Notes: generated by a model not told the origin, from the letters alone. A stretch of DNA of 64,000 nt from a virus (IMGVR_UViG_3300029913_000012:1-64000), one strand, 5' to 3'; shown: positions 49,438 to 59,617, numbered from the stretch's first letter. Numbers and translations: made by a program.

Positions 49438-50499
49438 TTATTTTTTATTGAATATTTCATCAATCCATTTTCTTTTTCTTGCAAATTCATACATATTATG
49501 ATTTTTTATTGCAAATGCTGTTATGTTTTTATATTTTTTTGCTTCATTTTTACATTCTTCTATGGTCCAAGTATGCCTTAATGGTATCATATGTGAACAA
49601 ATTTCATCTGTCCATTTATACCTATTAGAACATTGCCACATACTATTATTATTTTTTTTAAATTCATTTCTACTATTATATTTTAATGCTTCTATTTTGC
49701 AATCATCTTTACTATAACTATTATGCTTCAGTGTCATATGAGAACAAATTTCATCTAGCCAATTATGTTTTTGTGCAAATCCCCATATAATACGATTATT
49801 TTTTGAAAATTCTCCCCTATGATTATATTTTAATGCTTCATTTTTACAATCATCTTTAGTCCAATTAATATGTAATGCTATCATATGAGAACAAATTTCA
49901 TCTAGCCAACCATATTTTCTAGCAGAATTATAAGCTGAACTTTCGTTTGTTATAAAATCAATTTTTGTATTATATTTATTAGCTACATTTTGACATTCAT
50001 ATTTATTCCATTTTAGATTATTTGCACCTACACCTCCAGTTTTAGCAATATTTAAACATATATATCCATCATCTTCTGATTTGCATTTCCAATATTCTTC
50101 TTGTATTTTAGCTTCTGTGATTGGTATATAATCAGTTAATTTTTCAATATTAATAGGTAATAATTTTATTTTGTATATATAAGAATATACTGTACCTTTT
50201 TTATTTAAATGCTCATATATTCTTCTATCAAAATCATTAGTTAATCCAACATAACAAACATTATCTGGAAATATAATTCTATAAATTAATCTGTTATATT
50301 TATTTCCTAATGGTATCATATGAGAACAAATTTCATCTATCCATTTATTTCTAAGTGATGCTTGATATGAACCATATGATTGTTTTATAAAATCTTTTTT
50401 ATAAATATATTTTAATGCTTCGTTCTTACATTCTTCCTTTGTCCATATTAAATTTGCCGGTTTTGGTGTTGATAAATTTGCAGGTTTTGGTCTTGACAT
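49438..50499 (-). CDS. GIY-YIG homing endonuclease with repeated WT.E.C..EA.KY modules
   Basis: LIY..CYVGLT..RR..EH..E..LN; four WxDEICSHM repeats. Confidence 0.85.
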   Translation of the reverse strand: MSRPKPANLSTPKPANLIWTKEECKNEALKYIYKKDFIKQSYGSYQASLRNKWIDEICSHMIPLGNKYNRLIYRIIFPDNVCYVGLTNDFDRRIYEHLNKKGTVYSYIYKIKLLPINIEKLTDYIPITEAKIQEEYWKCKSEDDGYICLNIAKTGGVGANNLKWNKYECQNVANKYNTKIDFITNESSAYNSARKYGWLDEICSHMIALHINWTKDDCKNEALKYNHRGEFSKNNRIIWGFAQKHNWLDEICSHMTLKHNSYSKDDCKIEALKYNSRNEFKKNNNSMWQCSNRYKWTDEICSHMIPLRHTWTIEECKNEAKKYKNITAFAIKNHNMYEFARKRKWIDEIFNKK

Positions 50500-50607
50500 A
50501 TTATTTAATTATTTTCACTTTTAATTATATTCTATATATAAGTTAAATTTTATAGGTTTCTAATAATGAAAAGTTTAATAAAAGTTTAATAAATTTGAAT
50601 ATTTATT

Positions 50608-50641
50608 AAAAAAGATATCACAAATTGTGATATCTTTTTTT
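50608..50641 (-). terminator. intrinsic terminator
   Basis: AAAAAGATATCACAA-ATTGTGATATCTTTTT. Confidence 0.75.
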
Positions 50642-50661
50642 AATTTGCTCATTTACAATAA

Positions 50662-51948
50662 TTATATAATCATTCTTTTTGCTTTAACTTTATCATCAGT
50701 AACAGATTTCAAATTTTCATACAATTCATGTTTAGATACTAATAATTGATTAAATGTTTCTTTCAATGCTTTATCTTCATTTACTAATACTTCATTTTCT
50801 TTTAATAATTCTAAGCCTTTATCGATTTCTTTAATTGATTCTTTTATTTCCATTTCTTTATCTTCTAATGTTCTTAAATGTTTAACTTCTTTTGAAAGTT
50901 TATTTTCTAAGAATCCTGTCAAATCATAATCTAGTTCTCTTTGAACATCGTTAATTAAATCATTTGGTGAATTATATTCATAGAAAGCTGATCCTGTTCT
51001 AGCGTCATTATTATATGTATATAATTTATCTTTATAATTTATAACATAAGATTCTAATTGTGGATGTAGTACATTTTCTACTTTTAATGCTATATCTAGG
51101 TCAACAAATTTATCCAAATTTTGAGCTGTTGTAGTTGATAATACATAAAAATCTTTTTTCAACCAAGGAATAATTTTAGAATTAAATAAATTTTCTAATG
51201 TAGTTTCTTTATCTAATTTTTCTTCATTTAAGAATACGTCTTTATCAGATTTTGTTGAAATGCTTAAAACTAAATTTTCATCTAATCTAAATGATATTTT
51301 ATCTTCTTTGATATCTCCAATTGTCATAACTTTCTCTAAAATTCTAAATTCTCTAATTTTTTCGATGTCTGTGATATGATTTTCTAAAAGTGTTTGTTTA
51401 ATATCATCTTGTCCTATTAAAAACCAACGATCTTTCATAAATACCAAATTTCCATCATTTGTTTTTTCTACTAATGTAAATACCTTTGAAGCTTTACCTG
51501 AGTTTACTAAATTTTGTCTTTGAATAGGATTATTCATATAACCAGATAAAAACATTTTAACTTCAGGAATCCAATCATGAATAACCAATTCATTTAATAT
51601 TGTACTCATTTTTGAATCATTATCTTGAATATTTATAATATTAAGAATTGAGTTTAATGCTGGACGATACATTTGTCCATAATTTTTTCTTTCAATTTTT
51701 TTATATAAATCTTTCAAGTTGTAATTTATAGGTTCACTTTTAATTTCATCTTGTAAAGATTCAACTAATTTTTTAACTTTAGTGTCCCAAGCATATCCTG
51801 CTAAAGTTTCTTTTAAAGAACTTACAAGTTCTTTTTCAGAATAACTATCATAATTGCTGATGTATCTTTCAACAATCATATTTAATTCATAATCTTCAAT
51901 AGGTAATTCCTTTTTGAAATTGAATAAATCATACTTTAAATTTTTCAT
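50662..51948 (-). CDS. conserved hypothetical protein, probably late/head-associated, coiled-coil C-terminus
   Basis: 428 aa; downstream of a head-gene-type promoter element. Confidence 0.55.
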   Translation of the reverse strand: MKNLKYDLFNFKKELPIEDYELNMIVERYISNYDSYSEKELVSSLKETLAGYAWDTKVKKLVESLQDEIKSEPINYNLKDLYKKIERKNYGQMYRPALNSILNIINIQDNDSKMSTILNELVIHDWIPEVKMFLSGYMNNPIQRQNLVNSGKASKVFTLVEKTNDGNLVFMKDRWFLIGQDDIKQTLLENHITDIEKIREFRILEKVMTIGDIKEDKISFRLDENLVLSISTKSDKDVFLNEEKLDKETTLENLFNSKIIPWLKKDFYVLSTTTAQNLDKFVDLDIALKVENVLHPQLESYVINYKDKLYTYNNDARTGSAFYEYNSPNDLINDVQRELDYDLTGFLENKLSKEVKHLRTLEDKEMEIKESIKEIDKGLELLKENEVLVNEDKALKETFNQLLVSKHELYENLKSVTDDKVKAKRMII

Positions 51949-51976
51949 ATTTTTATTTTTTATTTTTTATTTTTTA

Positions 51977-52189
51977 TTAATATCTTTCTTCAATCTGTGC
52001 TCCAAACTCATTAATTAATTTTTTAGCGTCGGATTCCTTTAATTGAACACCATCGGCATAGTATTCATCTCCAGATAATGAAATCAATTTTATCAAAAGT
52101 CTATATATTCCAGACTTCCAATGCAAAATTGTCAAATTTGCATTACAATTATTATTATTGTAATTTTCGAACTTTTTTAATTTATTCAT
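51977..52189 (-). CDS. small protein with MNKLKKFE leader
   Basis: Leader motif. Confidence 0.5.
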   Translation of the reverse strand: MNKLKKFENYNNNNCNANLTILHWKSGIYRLLIKLISLSGDEYYADGVQLKESDAKKLINEFGAQIEERY

Positions 52190-52336
52190 GTTTTTAATTT
52201 ATTATGTTTTTATGTTGCATCTTTTAATGATTTTTATATGTTTTCTGAGATTATATATTAATTAAAAAAACTCATTTTTTGACAAAAATAAATTTAAATT
52301 ATTTTATTTATATATAATAAAAAATAAATAATTTTT

Positions 52337-52549
52337 ATGAAATTTATAAAGACATATGAAGATTATTCAAATTTGAATATATCTCTTGATGGTAAATCTA
52401 AAATGAAAATAAAAATTGGAGATGATATATTATCTGGTAGATTTAAAAATAAGAAAATAAAAGTTAGTTCTATAAATGTAAATAAAAAAGGGGATATAAC
52501 TATTAATAATAAGCCTTTTATAAAAATGAGAACTATAAAAAAATCATAA
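52337..52549 (+). CDS. small protein with MKFIKTYE leader
   Basis: IGDDILSGRFKNKKIKV motif. Confidence 0.6.
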   Translation: MKFIKTYEDYSNLNISLDGKSKMKIKIGDDILSGRFKNKKIKVSSINVNKKGDITINNKPFIKMRTIKKS

Positions 52550-52569
52550 CTTATAAGTTATGATTTTTT
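52538..52569. terminator. bidirectional terminator
   Basis: AAAAAATCATAACTTATAAGTTATGATTTTTT palindrome. Confidence 0.7.
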
Positions 52570-52572
52570 ATT

Positions 52573-53406
52573 TTACTCCATATTATTTATTTCATTGTCT
52601 CTATTATCTTCTTTTTCTTTAATTATTTCATCTTTTGTTCTATTATCAAGCAAATTATTATACCAATATGCTCTTTTTAATTCATTTTTAGATTTACTAT
52701 CTTCAGTAGGTTTATCAACACCAAGAAAAGTCCAATCTATTGAATCATCATTATCACATATTTCGTAATCATCGGTATTAACAGTAAACACAGGATAATA
52801 CGTTATAACTTCTAATGTAAATTTCATATTTATTGTATCATCAGATGCTAAATTTATATCTCTTGGAATATCAATTCCTCCGTCAGATGGTAATTTAAAA
52901 AAAGAATCGATTTTAAGTCCAAAATAACTTATACTAAAAAATCTATAATTATATAATGTATCTAATAATTTAGTATAACAAATATCAGCTTCTAATTCAG
53001 TATCTAATCTAATATTAATCTCATAGCTAAGAGAAATTGGAACTGCTTTTGTACGACTTATAACGCTTCTAAATTTATCATTAATTTTACTCTCTTTAGA
53101 TAAATATTGATTAGGATTTGCAAATTCATCATCTCTTTGTGAACCTCCCTTAAATATTATTGTACCTCTTTGTTTTTGATCTGTATTTAATTCAACTCTT
53201 GTTGTAGTGACATCATCTACAAATGCATCTATCATAAATCTTTCTTGACCTGCAAATGATGTATAAAATGGTATCAACACTCTTATTTTTCTACCATCAC
53301 TATAATGATTTATCCATCTTATTTTAGTACCTAATGCCTTTGCCAATGCAACAGTAGACATTCTTACAAAATTATCATCATAATTGTATGTATTATCTAT
53401 ATTCAT
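52573..53406 (-). CDS. tail terminator / sheath stabilizer (gp15-like)
   Basis: FVR...A, IPFY, VPISLSYEINI, FTLEVITYYP. Confidence 0.65.
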   Translation of the reverse strand: MNIDNTYNYDDNFVRMSTVALAKALGTKIRWINHYSDGRKIRVLIPFYTSFAGQERFMIDAFVDDVTTTRVELNTDQKQRGTIIFKGGSQRDDEFANPNQYLSKESKINDKFRSVISRTKAVPISLSYEINIRLDTELEADICYTKLLDTLYNYRFFSISYFGLKIDSFFKLPSDGGIDIPRDINLASDDTINMKFTLEVITYYPVFTVNTDDYEICDNDDSIDWTFLGVDKPTEDSKSKNELKRAYWYNNLLDNRTKDEIIKEKEDNRDNEINNME

Positions 53407-53580
53407 GTATAATTTTATTTTTATTCCATATATATAAAAATAATTAGTATTTAAATAAACAATTTATTATTTTATCAATAATAATTTTATTAAAATATAA
53501 AATAATTCAAATGATATATTTTTTTCAAACATTCTGAATATTTAATTCTATAATATTCATAAATTATAAATTATAAATAT

Positions 53581-54522
53581 ATGAAAAATGATATGTTCTG
53601 GTATAAATACCAACCTAAAAGCTTAAAAACAATTATATTATTACCAAGAGTTAGAAAATTGATTGAGAATGGTTTAATCGCTAATATGATATTTTATAGT
53701 GATACTCCAGGAACAGGAAAAACCACATTAGCCAGAATATTATGTAAAGAAACAGATAATATTGAATTTAATGCATCAAAAGATACAAGTGTTAATATAT
53801 TAAGAGATCAATTGCAAACTCATTGTAAAAGTTTAAATCCTTTTATGAAAAATGCTCAAAAAACTATATTTTTAGATGAATTTGATGGTGTATCTACAGA
53901 ATATAAAAAAGCAATGAAAGGTTTTTCAGATACATATCAGCATGTAAGATTTATACTTACTACTAATTATATTCAAGATATTGATGATAAAATATTATCA
54001 AGATTTATGAAAGTAGATTTTAATCCTAAAAATAAAGAGGAAGAAGAATATTTGCAAGTTATGTATCTTAAATATTTGAAAGCGATATCAGAAAAAAATA
54101 AAATGAATATTTCTGATGATGAAATAAAGAAAATAATCATGATTAGTTTTCCTGATTTAAGAAGTGCAACACAAAAATTACAAGAAGTATTTATTACTAA
54201 AAATACAGATCAATTTAAATCAATAAGTTCTTCTAGTTATGATGCAATTTTTGAATTTATGCTTGATGGTAGAAATAATATTGAAGATAACTATAATTTT
54301 GTTCTAAATAATTTTCAAGATAATCCATTAGAATTAATGAAAGCTCTTGGTAGACCTCTTTTTAATAGATTAATGTTAATTGACAATTCAAATATTATAA
54401 AAATTGGAGCATCACTTATAAATGTTCAACGATCTTATAATGAAAGATATACAGAGACAATTGATCCTATTATTCATTTAATATCTTATGTAACTGACAT
54501 AAAAACGAATTTAAAGATTTAA
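53581..54522 (+). CDS. clamp loader AAA+ subunit (gp44-like)
   Basis: KYQP, PGTGKTT, NAS, LDEFD, FILTTN, SRF, FPDLR. Confidence 0.92.
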   Translation: MKNDMFWYKYQPKSLKTIILLPRVRKLIENGLIANMIFYSDTPGTGKTTLARILCKETDNIEFNASKDTSVNILRDQLQTHCKSLNPFMKNAQKTIFLDEFDGVSTEYKKAMKGFSDTYQHVRFILTTNYIQDIDDKILSRFMKVDFNPKNKEEEEYLQVMYLKYLKAISEKNKMNISDDEIKKIIMISFPDLRSATQKLQEVFITKNTDQFKSISSSSYDAIFEFMLDGRNNIEDNYNFVLNNFQDNPLELMKALGRPLFNRLMLIDNSNIIKIGASLINVQRSYNERYTETIDPIIHLISYVTDIKTNLKI

Positions 54523-54524
54523 CA

Positions 54525-54983
54525 ATGCCAAACTTTTTATATAGAATTAATGATATTTCATCTAAATATTATATAATTAATAATGAATATATAATAGAAT
54601 CTAAATACTCATTAGATAATGAGTCATTAAAATCTTTGAATAACATAAAAAATAATATAATAAATAATGATGCTTATATTTATGGTGAAGTAGTAACTAA
54701 AGATGATATTGATCATCAAATTAATTTACTTAATATATCTCATATTATTAAAGATATTGATATTAATTTATGTCATATTAGAAAATTGAAATTGAAAAAG
54801 TTAAAAGGAGAAGAAATAAAAGAATTATATAATGTTATTATTAAAATTATAATTTTAGATACAAATAACGGTAAATTTATTAAATCATTAATGATTGAAA
54901 ATATTAAAATTAAAACTTATCTTAGTTGTTTGAAAGATGATATTAATAATATAAAAATAATAACAGAAAATATTAGTTATTAA
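54525..54983 (+). CDS. degenerate prohead-protease paralog
   Basis: IYGEV..INLLNISHII..IIILDTNNGKFIKSL aligns with YGEF..TSLSRVSHTI..IRLLNTHWGKEAKAL of 39778..42150; the DHP and SSR motifs are absent. Confidence 0.65.
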   Translation: MPNFLYRINDISSKYYIINNEYIIESKYSLDNESLKSLNNIKNNIINNDAYIYGEVVTKDDIDHQINLLNISHIIKDIDINLCHIRKLKLKKLKGEEIKELYNVIIKIIILDTNNGKFIKSLMIENIKIKTYLSCLKDDINNIKIITENISY

Positions 54984-54997
54984 AAATAATAATTTAA

Positions 54998-55499
54998 ATG
55001 ATAGAAAAAGAAAAAATAATAGAAAAATGGAGTTCAATAATGGGTAAATTGACTAATGAAAATATCACAGATTTATCATCAATGAGCAGTAAAAATATAA
55101 ATTCTATTCAAGATGAGCTTAATGCAAATGATTATAATAGAACTAATTTTAGTTCAATTACATTTCCTATTGCTCAAAGAATAATGTCTTACACACTTGC
55201 TGGAGGAGGAATGAGAAAATCAAAAAAAAAAACAATTAAAAGAAGATAGAATAAATAAACTTAAAGAACTTAAAGGAGAAGAACCTAATGTAGTATTACC
55301 AGATGATGAAGAATTTGATGGATTAGTATCAGTTATGCCAATGTCTTCTCCATGCACATCTTTATTATACATGGATTTTGTATATGATTATTGGGATCCA
55401 ATAAAAAAACTTAAAGATGATAGAATATCTAAGTTAGATAAAATAAATATTTCATTTAGAAAAAGTAAATTAAAATATATAGAAAAAATAATAAAATAA
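54998..55499 (+). CDS. truncated major-capsid paralog, frameshifted at an A11 tract
   Basis: IEKWSSIM, FPIAQRIMSYTLA and, after the shift at 55222-55232, DGLVSVMPMSSPCTSLLYMDFVY align with the capsid N-terminal region; the shifted frame ends at TAA 55497-55499, just before the next ATG. Confidence 0.7.
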
Positions 55500-55500
55500 T

Positions 55501-55785
55501 ATGGATGATATAAAAGCGTTTAAAGAAAAAGTTATTAATGACTATATTTATCATAATATAGATTTAACTCATGCTGGAGCCAAAGATATAAAATTTGGAT
55601 TGAAAAGCGTATTAGGTGAAGAGCCTGCAATTAAATTTTTATATAAAGAGAATATGAAAATTAATGAAACCAGCGGAAAAGTTGAAAGATTACCAAATGA
55701 ATTAGAATCAATTGAAGTATATTATACATATATTGGTTCTGATAATATACCACATGCTAGTCATATGACATATATTGTCAACTAA
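55501..55785 (+). CDS. hypothetical protein
   Basis: ORF only. Confidence 0.6.
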   Translation: MDDIKAFKEKVINDYIYHNIDLTHAGAKDIKFGLKSVLGEEPAIKFLYKENMKINETSGKVERLPNELESIEVYYTYIGSDNIPHASHMTYIVN

Positions 55786-55831
55786 ATAATTAAAAAGTGT
55801 AATTATATTGTAATTCAATATATTACATTTT

Positions 55832-56731
55832 TTATTTTATCATATATTTACTATAATCAATATCTATATCTGGATATTCACAATTTTCAAAATTATAAGA
55901 AATTTTTAATAATTTTTCTATTAATTTTTTATTTTTTTTTGTAATTATATTTAAATAATCTATAAAATTTTTTTCATAATCTATTTTAGTATTATTTAAA
56001 AATATAATACTAAAATCTTTAATAATATCATTATAATTTGAATCATTTTTTAATTCTTTTAATACTAATTTAGAATTTATATTAGATAAAGATTCTATAT
56101 CTTTATATATTTTTGTATTTTTTATAAAATCTATTGAATTTTCTATACCGTTTACATTATTTCTTTCTAATGACGAATTTAGCTGTTGAAGTCTGGCCCT
56201 AATTTCATGTGGCATAGATAAATATATTATATGTGATATATCACTCCATATTTTAGATTTTTTATATTTTTCATTCATTTGATATAAACGTTCACCCATT
56301 TTCCAAGAATTTGAAAAATCAGAATTGTTCATATATGTTAAATATCTTTCCATAATATGTAGACATTCATGTTCAATTGTATCAATAATTATATTAGTGT
56401 TTGATATTTTTTTAGAAGTTAATTCACTCTGAGTTAAAATTATTTCTAAATTTATTATCAATCCGATTATTTCATTTTCTTTAAATATTATACTATTAGG
56501 ATTCATATTTCCATAATTTCTATTTGATATTTTTATATTTATAATATCATCAGAAAATTTTATATCATCTGATAAAATTATAGAATTTTTTATCGATATA
56601 TTTTTATACAATATCAATTTTCCAATATTGTAGTTTATTACATTTAATATAACTTTAGATAAATTTGTGGTCAATTTATTATAACTATTTCTTTCACATA
56701 TAAAATTATCCCAATTTATAATATTTAACAT
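55832..56731 (-). CDS. HExxH zincin-like protein
   Basis: HECLH...YLSMPHEIRARL; leader-like N-terminus. Confidence 0.6.
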   Translation of the reverse strand: MLNIINWDNFICERNSYNKLTTNLSKVILNVINYNIGKLILYKNISIKNSIILSDDIKFSDDIINIKISNRNYGNMNPNSIIFKENEIIGLIINLEIILTQSELTSKKISNTNIIIDTIEHECLHIMERYLTYMNNSDFSNSWKMGERLYQMNEKYKKSKIWSDISHIIYLSMPHEIRARLQQLNSSLERNNVNGIENSIDFIKNTKIYKDIESLSNINSKLVLKELKNDSNYNDIIKDFSIIFLNNTKIDYEKNFIDYLNIITKKNKKLIEKLLKISYNFENCEYPDIDIDYSKYMIK

Positions 56732-56960
56732 TTTAACTATTTTTTAATTTTTTAATAATTCAATTATCATTTTATTTATATATTAACTTTTATCAGTTCT
56801 AAAAATTCATCATATTTTTTATCAATAATAAATATAAAATTATAACCTTGCTATAATACAGACATTTTCTTTACTAAATTTAATTTTTCATAAATAATTA
56901 AATATCATTTTTTAAACAAATACTTATAAAATGAATATATAAGATAAAATAAATAAAAAT

Positions 56961-57935
56961 ATGATAGCACTCTCATTGTGTATAGATGGAAATTACATGT
57001 TGTATAGATCTGTATTTATCCTACACAAATTAAAAACACTTTACGGAGATTTAGAAACACTTTTATTAAATGACTTTAATAATTTAACAAATGCATATAA
57101 TTTCAATAAAATATATTTTGTGTCTGATAGTAAAAGAAGTTGGAGAAAAAATGTTTATCCTGAATATAAAGGTAAAAGAAAGAAGGATTTAGAAATTGAT
57201 TGGGAATTTGTATTTGATACATTTGATAAATTTAAAGAAAGTATAAAAAATAGACGCAATTGTTATTTATATCAAATAGATCCATTTGAAGGTGATGATT
57301 TAATAGCTCATATTGTTAATGAAGGAAATAAAGAAGGAATATCAAATCTAATAGTTTCTAATGATGGTGACCTTCATCAATTATTAAAATTTAGTATATC
57401 TAATAATTATATAAATATGATGTATAATCACAAGTTTCAAGATGAAAAATTATATGTACCTATTAATTATAATATATTTTTAAAAAATCTAGAAGATACA
57501 ACAGAAGGTGATATTTTTGATCTAAATGATGATATGGATTTTATAAATTATTTTGATAAAATAACTAGTAAAGCTAAAATTTCTCCAGTAAATAAAGAAG
57601 AATCTTATTTTAAAAAATTGGTTGCAGGAGACTCAGGAGATAATATATTAAGTGTTGTTAAATTCAAAGAAGATTCAAGAGGTATTGGTGATGCTGGATC
57701 AAATACTGTATATTCCATGTACAAACTAAAATTTCCTGATGATATTGACTTTGATTCTGATGAATTTATAAGTAATCTTTGTGATATTCTTTATATTTAT
57801 AGAAAAAATAAAGAAGTTAATTTTAAAGAAAGAGTAAATGAAAATATAATTTTTTCAAGAAAATTAACTAGATTGAGTAGTAATTATTTACCAGATGGAT
57901 TTGAACAAATATTACTTGATAATATTAAAATTTAA
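56961..57935 (+). CDS. rnh: 5'-3' exonuclease / T4 RNase H-like flap nuclease
   Basis: IDGN, SWRK...YKG.RK, EGDDLI, SNDGDL.QL, GDSGDNI. Confidence 0.9.
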   Translation: MIALSLCIDGNYMLYRSVFILHKLKTLYGDLETLLLNDFNNLTNAYNFNKIYFVSDSKRSWRKNVYPEYKGKRKKDLEIDWEFVFDTFDKFKESIKNRRNCYLYQIDPFEGDDLIAHIVNEGNKEGISNLIVSNDGDLHQLLKFSISNNYINMMYNHKFQDEKLYVPINYNIFLKNLEDTTEGDIFDLNDDMDFINYFDKITSKAKISPVNKEESYFKKLVAGDSGDNILSVVKFKEDSRGIGDAGSNTVYSMYKLKFPDDIDFDSDEFISNLCDILYIYRKNKEVNFKERVNENIIFSRKLTRLSSNYLPDGFEQILLDNIKI

Positions 57936-57962
57936 AATATTATATATAAAAATAAAAATGAC

Positions 57963-58277
57963 ATGAAAAATATCGAAAAATATAATGAATTTTTAAAATA
58001 TAATGAGAATTCTAATATTAAAGAATTAATAGAAAAGGTTAAATATGAATGTGGAAATAAATCAGATTTAAATGCTATTTATGAAAATGAAAATTATCAA
58101 AAAATAATAATGCAAGGATATAATTCTATTCCATATATATTTGAAAATTTTTCGATAATATGGTTAAAAGCATTAGAAAAAATAACCAATATTGAACTAT
58201 ATGAAGAATATTCTCTAACAACATCTGAAATGAAAAATATTTGGAAAAAATGGGCATCAGAAAATGGATATTTATAA
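57963..58277 (+). CDS. small helical (HEAT-like) protein with leader
   Basis: YQKII.QG...IPYI...WLKALEKIT...WKKWA. Confidence 0.55.
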   Translation: MKNIEKYNEFLKYNENSNIKELIEKVKYECGNKSDLNAIYENENYQKIIMQGYNSIPYIFENFSIIWLKALEKITNIELYEEYSLTTSEMKNIWKKWASENGYL

Positions 58278-58704
58278 AGAGATAGAATATTGGCATCCAA
58301 AATTAAAAAATAATAAATGGAAAATAATTAATACTAATAAAAATTTAGATGATTTTAATTGTTTTTCTTTTGCTATAGATGTTTATAATGAATGGAGCGG
58401 AGCTAATTGTAAATTATGGCATAATCCTAATGATAGATATGCAACAGTAAAAAATTATATAGAGTTCTATTCTACATATAATTATAAAATATGTGAAAAT
58501 GATTCATATGAATTGGATTATGAAAAAATTGCAATATACTCTAATAATAATTTTGTAACACATGCGTGCAAACAATTTGGTGATATGTGGAGGAGTAAAT
58601 TAGGTAGTAATGTTATAATTGAGCATAAATTAGAATGGTTATCTGGAACTGATAGTGAAAATTATGGTGAAATTGCAGCAATAATGAAAAGAAAACTAAT
58701 TTAA
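58264..58704 (+). CDS. papain-like Cys/His fold protein
   Basis: FNCFSFA, EKIAIY, THACKQ, WRSKLG, YG. Confidence 0.6.
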   Translation: MDIYKEIEYWHPKLKNNKWKIINTNKNLDDFNCFSFAIDVYNEWSGANCKLWHNPNDRYATVKNYIEFYSTYNYKICENDSYELDYEKIAIYSNNNFVTHACKQFGDMWRSKLGSNVIIEHKLEWLSGTDSENYGEIAAIMKRKLI

Positions 58705-58763
58705 TAATTATTAAATAAAAACTTTGAATGAAAATTCAAAGTTTTTATTTTTATATATATCAT

Positions 58764-59069
58764 ATGAAAAATTTCAAAGAATTTTTAGAAGGAACAGGAA
58801 AATATGTAAATGTAGATTATAAAATAATTATTAGAGATATAAAGGATAACCCAACTACTCTAATAACATATTTTAAGATAGTTAAATCTGAGGATAAAAA
58901 ATTAGAAATAAAAGCAAGGGGTTATATTAAATCTACTTTGAATGGTTATAATGAAGGTACGCATAAAACTGCATGGACTGAATTTGATGATTTTCAAGAT
59001 AATAAAACAAGAATTGTTTGGAATAAAAATTTTGAAAATGGATCTAAAAAAATAAAAGTTTATTATTAA
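58764..59069 (+). CDS. putative internal head protein (start revised)
   Basis: MKNFKEFLE leader at ATG 58764, preceded by TTTATATATA. Confidence 0.55.
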   Translation: MKNFKEFLEGTGKYVNVDYKIIIRDIKDNPTTLITYFKIVKSEDKKLEIKARGYIKSTLNGYNEGTHKTAWTEFDDFQDNKTRIVWNKNFENGSKKIKVYY

Positions 59070-59129
59070 TATATAATTAAAAAAAATGAAAAAAAATGAA
59101 AAAATTAAAAGATTTTATTGGTTTTGTAA

Positions 59130-59612
59130 ATGAAACCTCAATACATGGCGGTACTAAAGAAGGCTTATCAATCACAAGAACAAAATAAAACCATAGCAAC
59201 AAATATCATTAATGCTATTCATCCTGCTTTAAATAAATCTGGATTTAAGGTTAATGTGGATATGAGTGGAAATGATCAAAATCCAAATTTGAATAAAATA
59301 TTAGAATCAACAGATAAATTAGCACTTATTACTACGAATTTTGATATTGGTTGGGATGGTAAAAATAGATCAGGTGGAATTCATGTTTATGTAAATAAAA
59401 ACAATTTAGATTCATTACGTGACACTATAAAAAATATTGATCATCCATTTGTTAGAATGAAAGAAATAGCATGGATGATCAATATTTCTTCAAAGGTACC
59501 TTGTCTTATAATTTATGATGATGGTGTTGAAAATCCTGTATCAACAACCGAAACTACAACAGTTCAGCCAACAACTACTACACAACAAACCACAGTTGTT
59601 CCAACTGTATAA
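59130..59612 (+). CDS. hypothetical protein with Thr-rich tail
   Basis: Ends STTETTTVQPTTTTQQTTVVPTV. Confidence 0.55.
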   Translation: MKPQYMAVLKKAYQSQEQNKTIATNIINAIHPALNKSGFKVNVDMSGNDQNPNLNKILESTDKLALITTNFDIGWDGKNRSGGIHVYVNKNNLDSLRDTIKNIDHPFVRMKEIAWMINISSKVPCLIIYDDGVENPVSTTETTTVQPTTTTQQTTVVPTV

Positions 59613-59617
59613 AAAAT

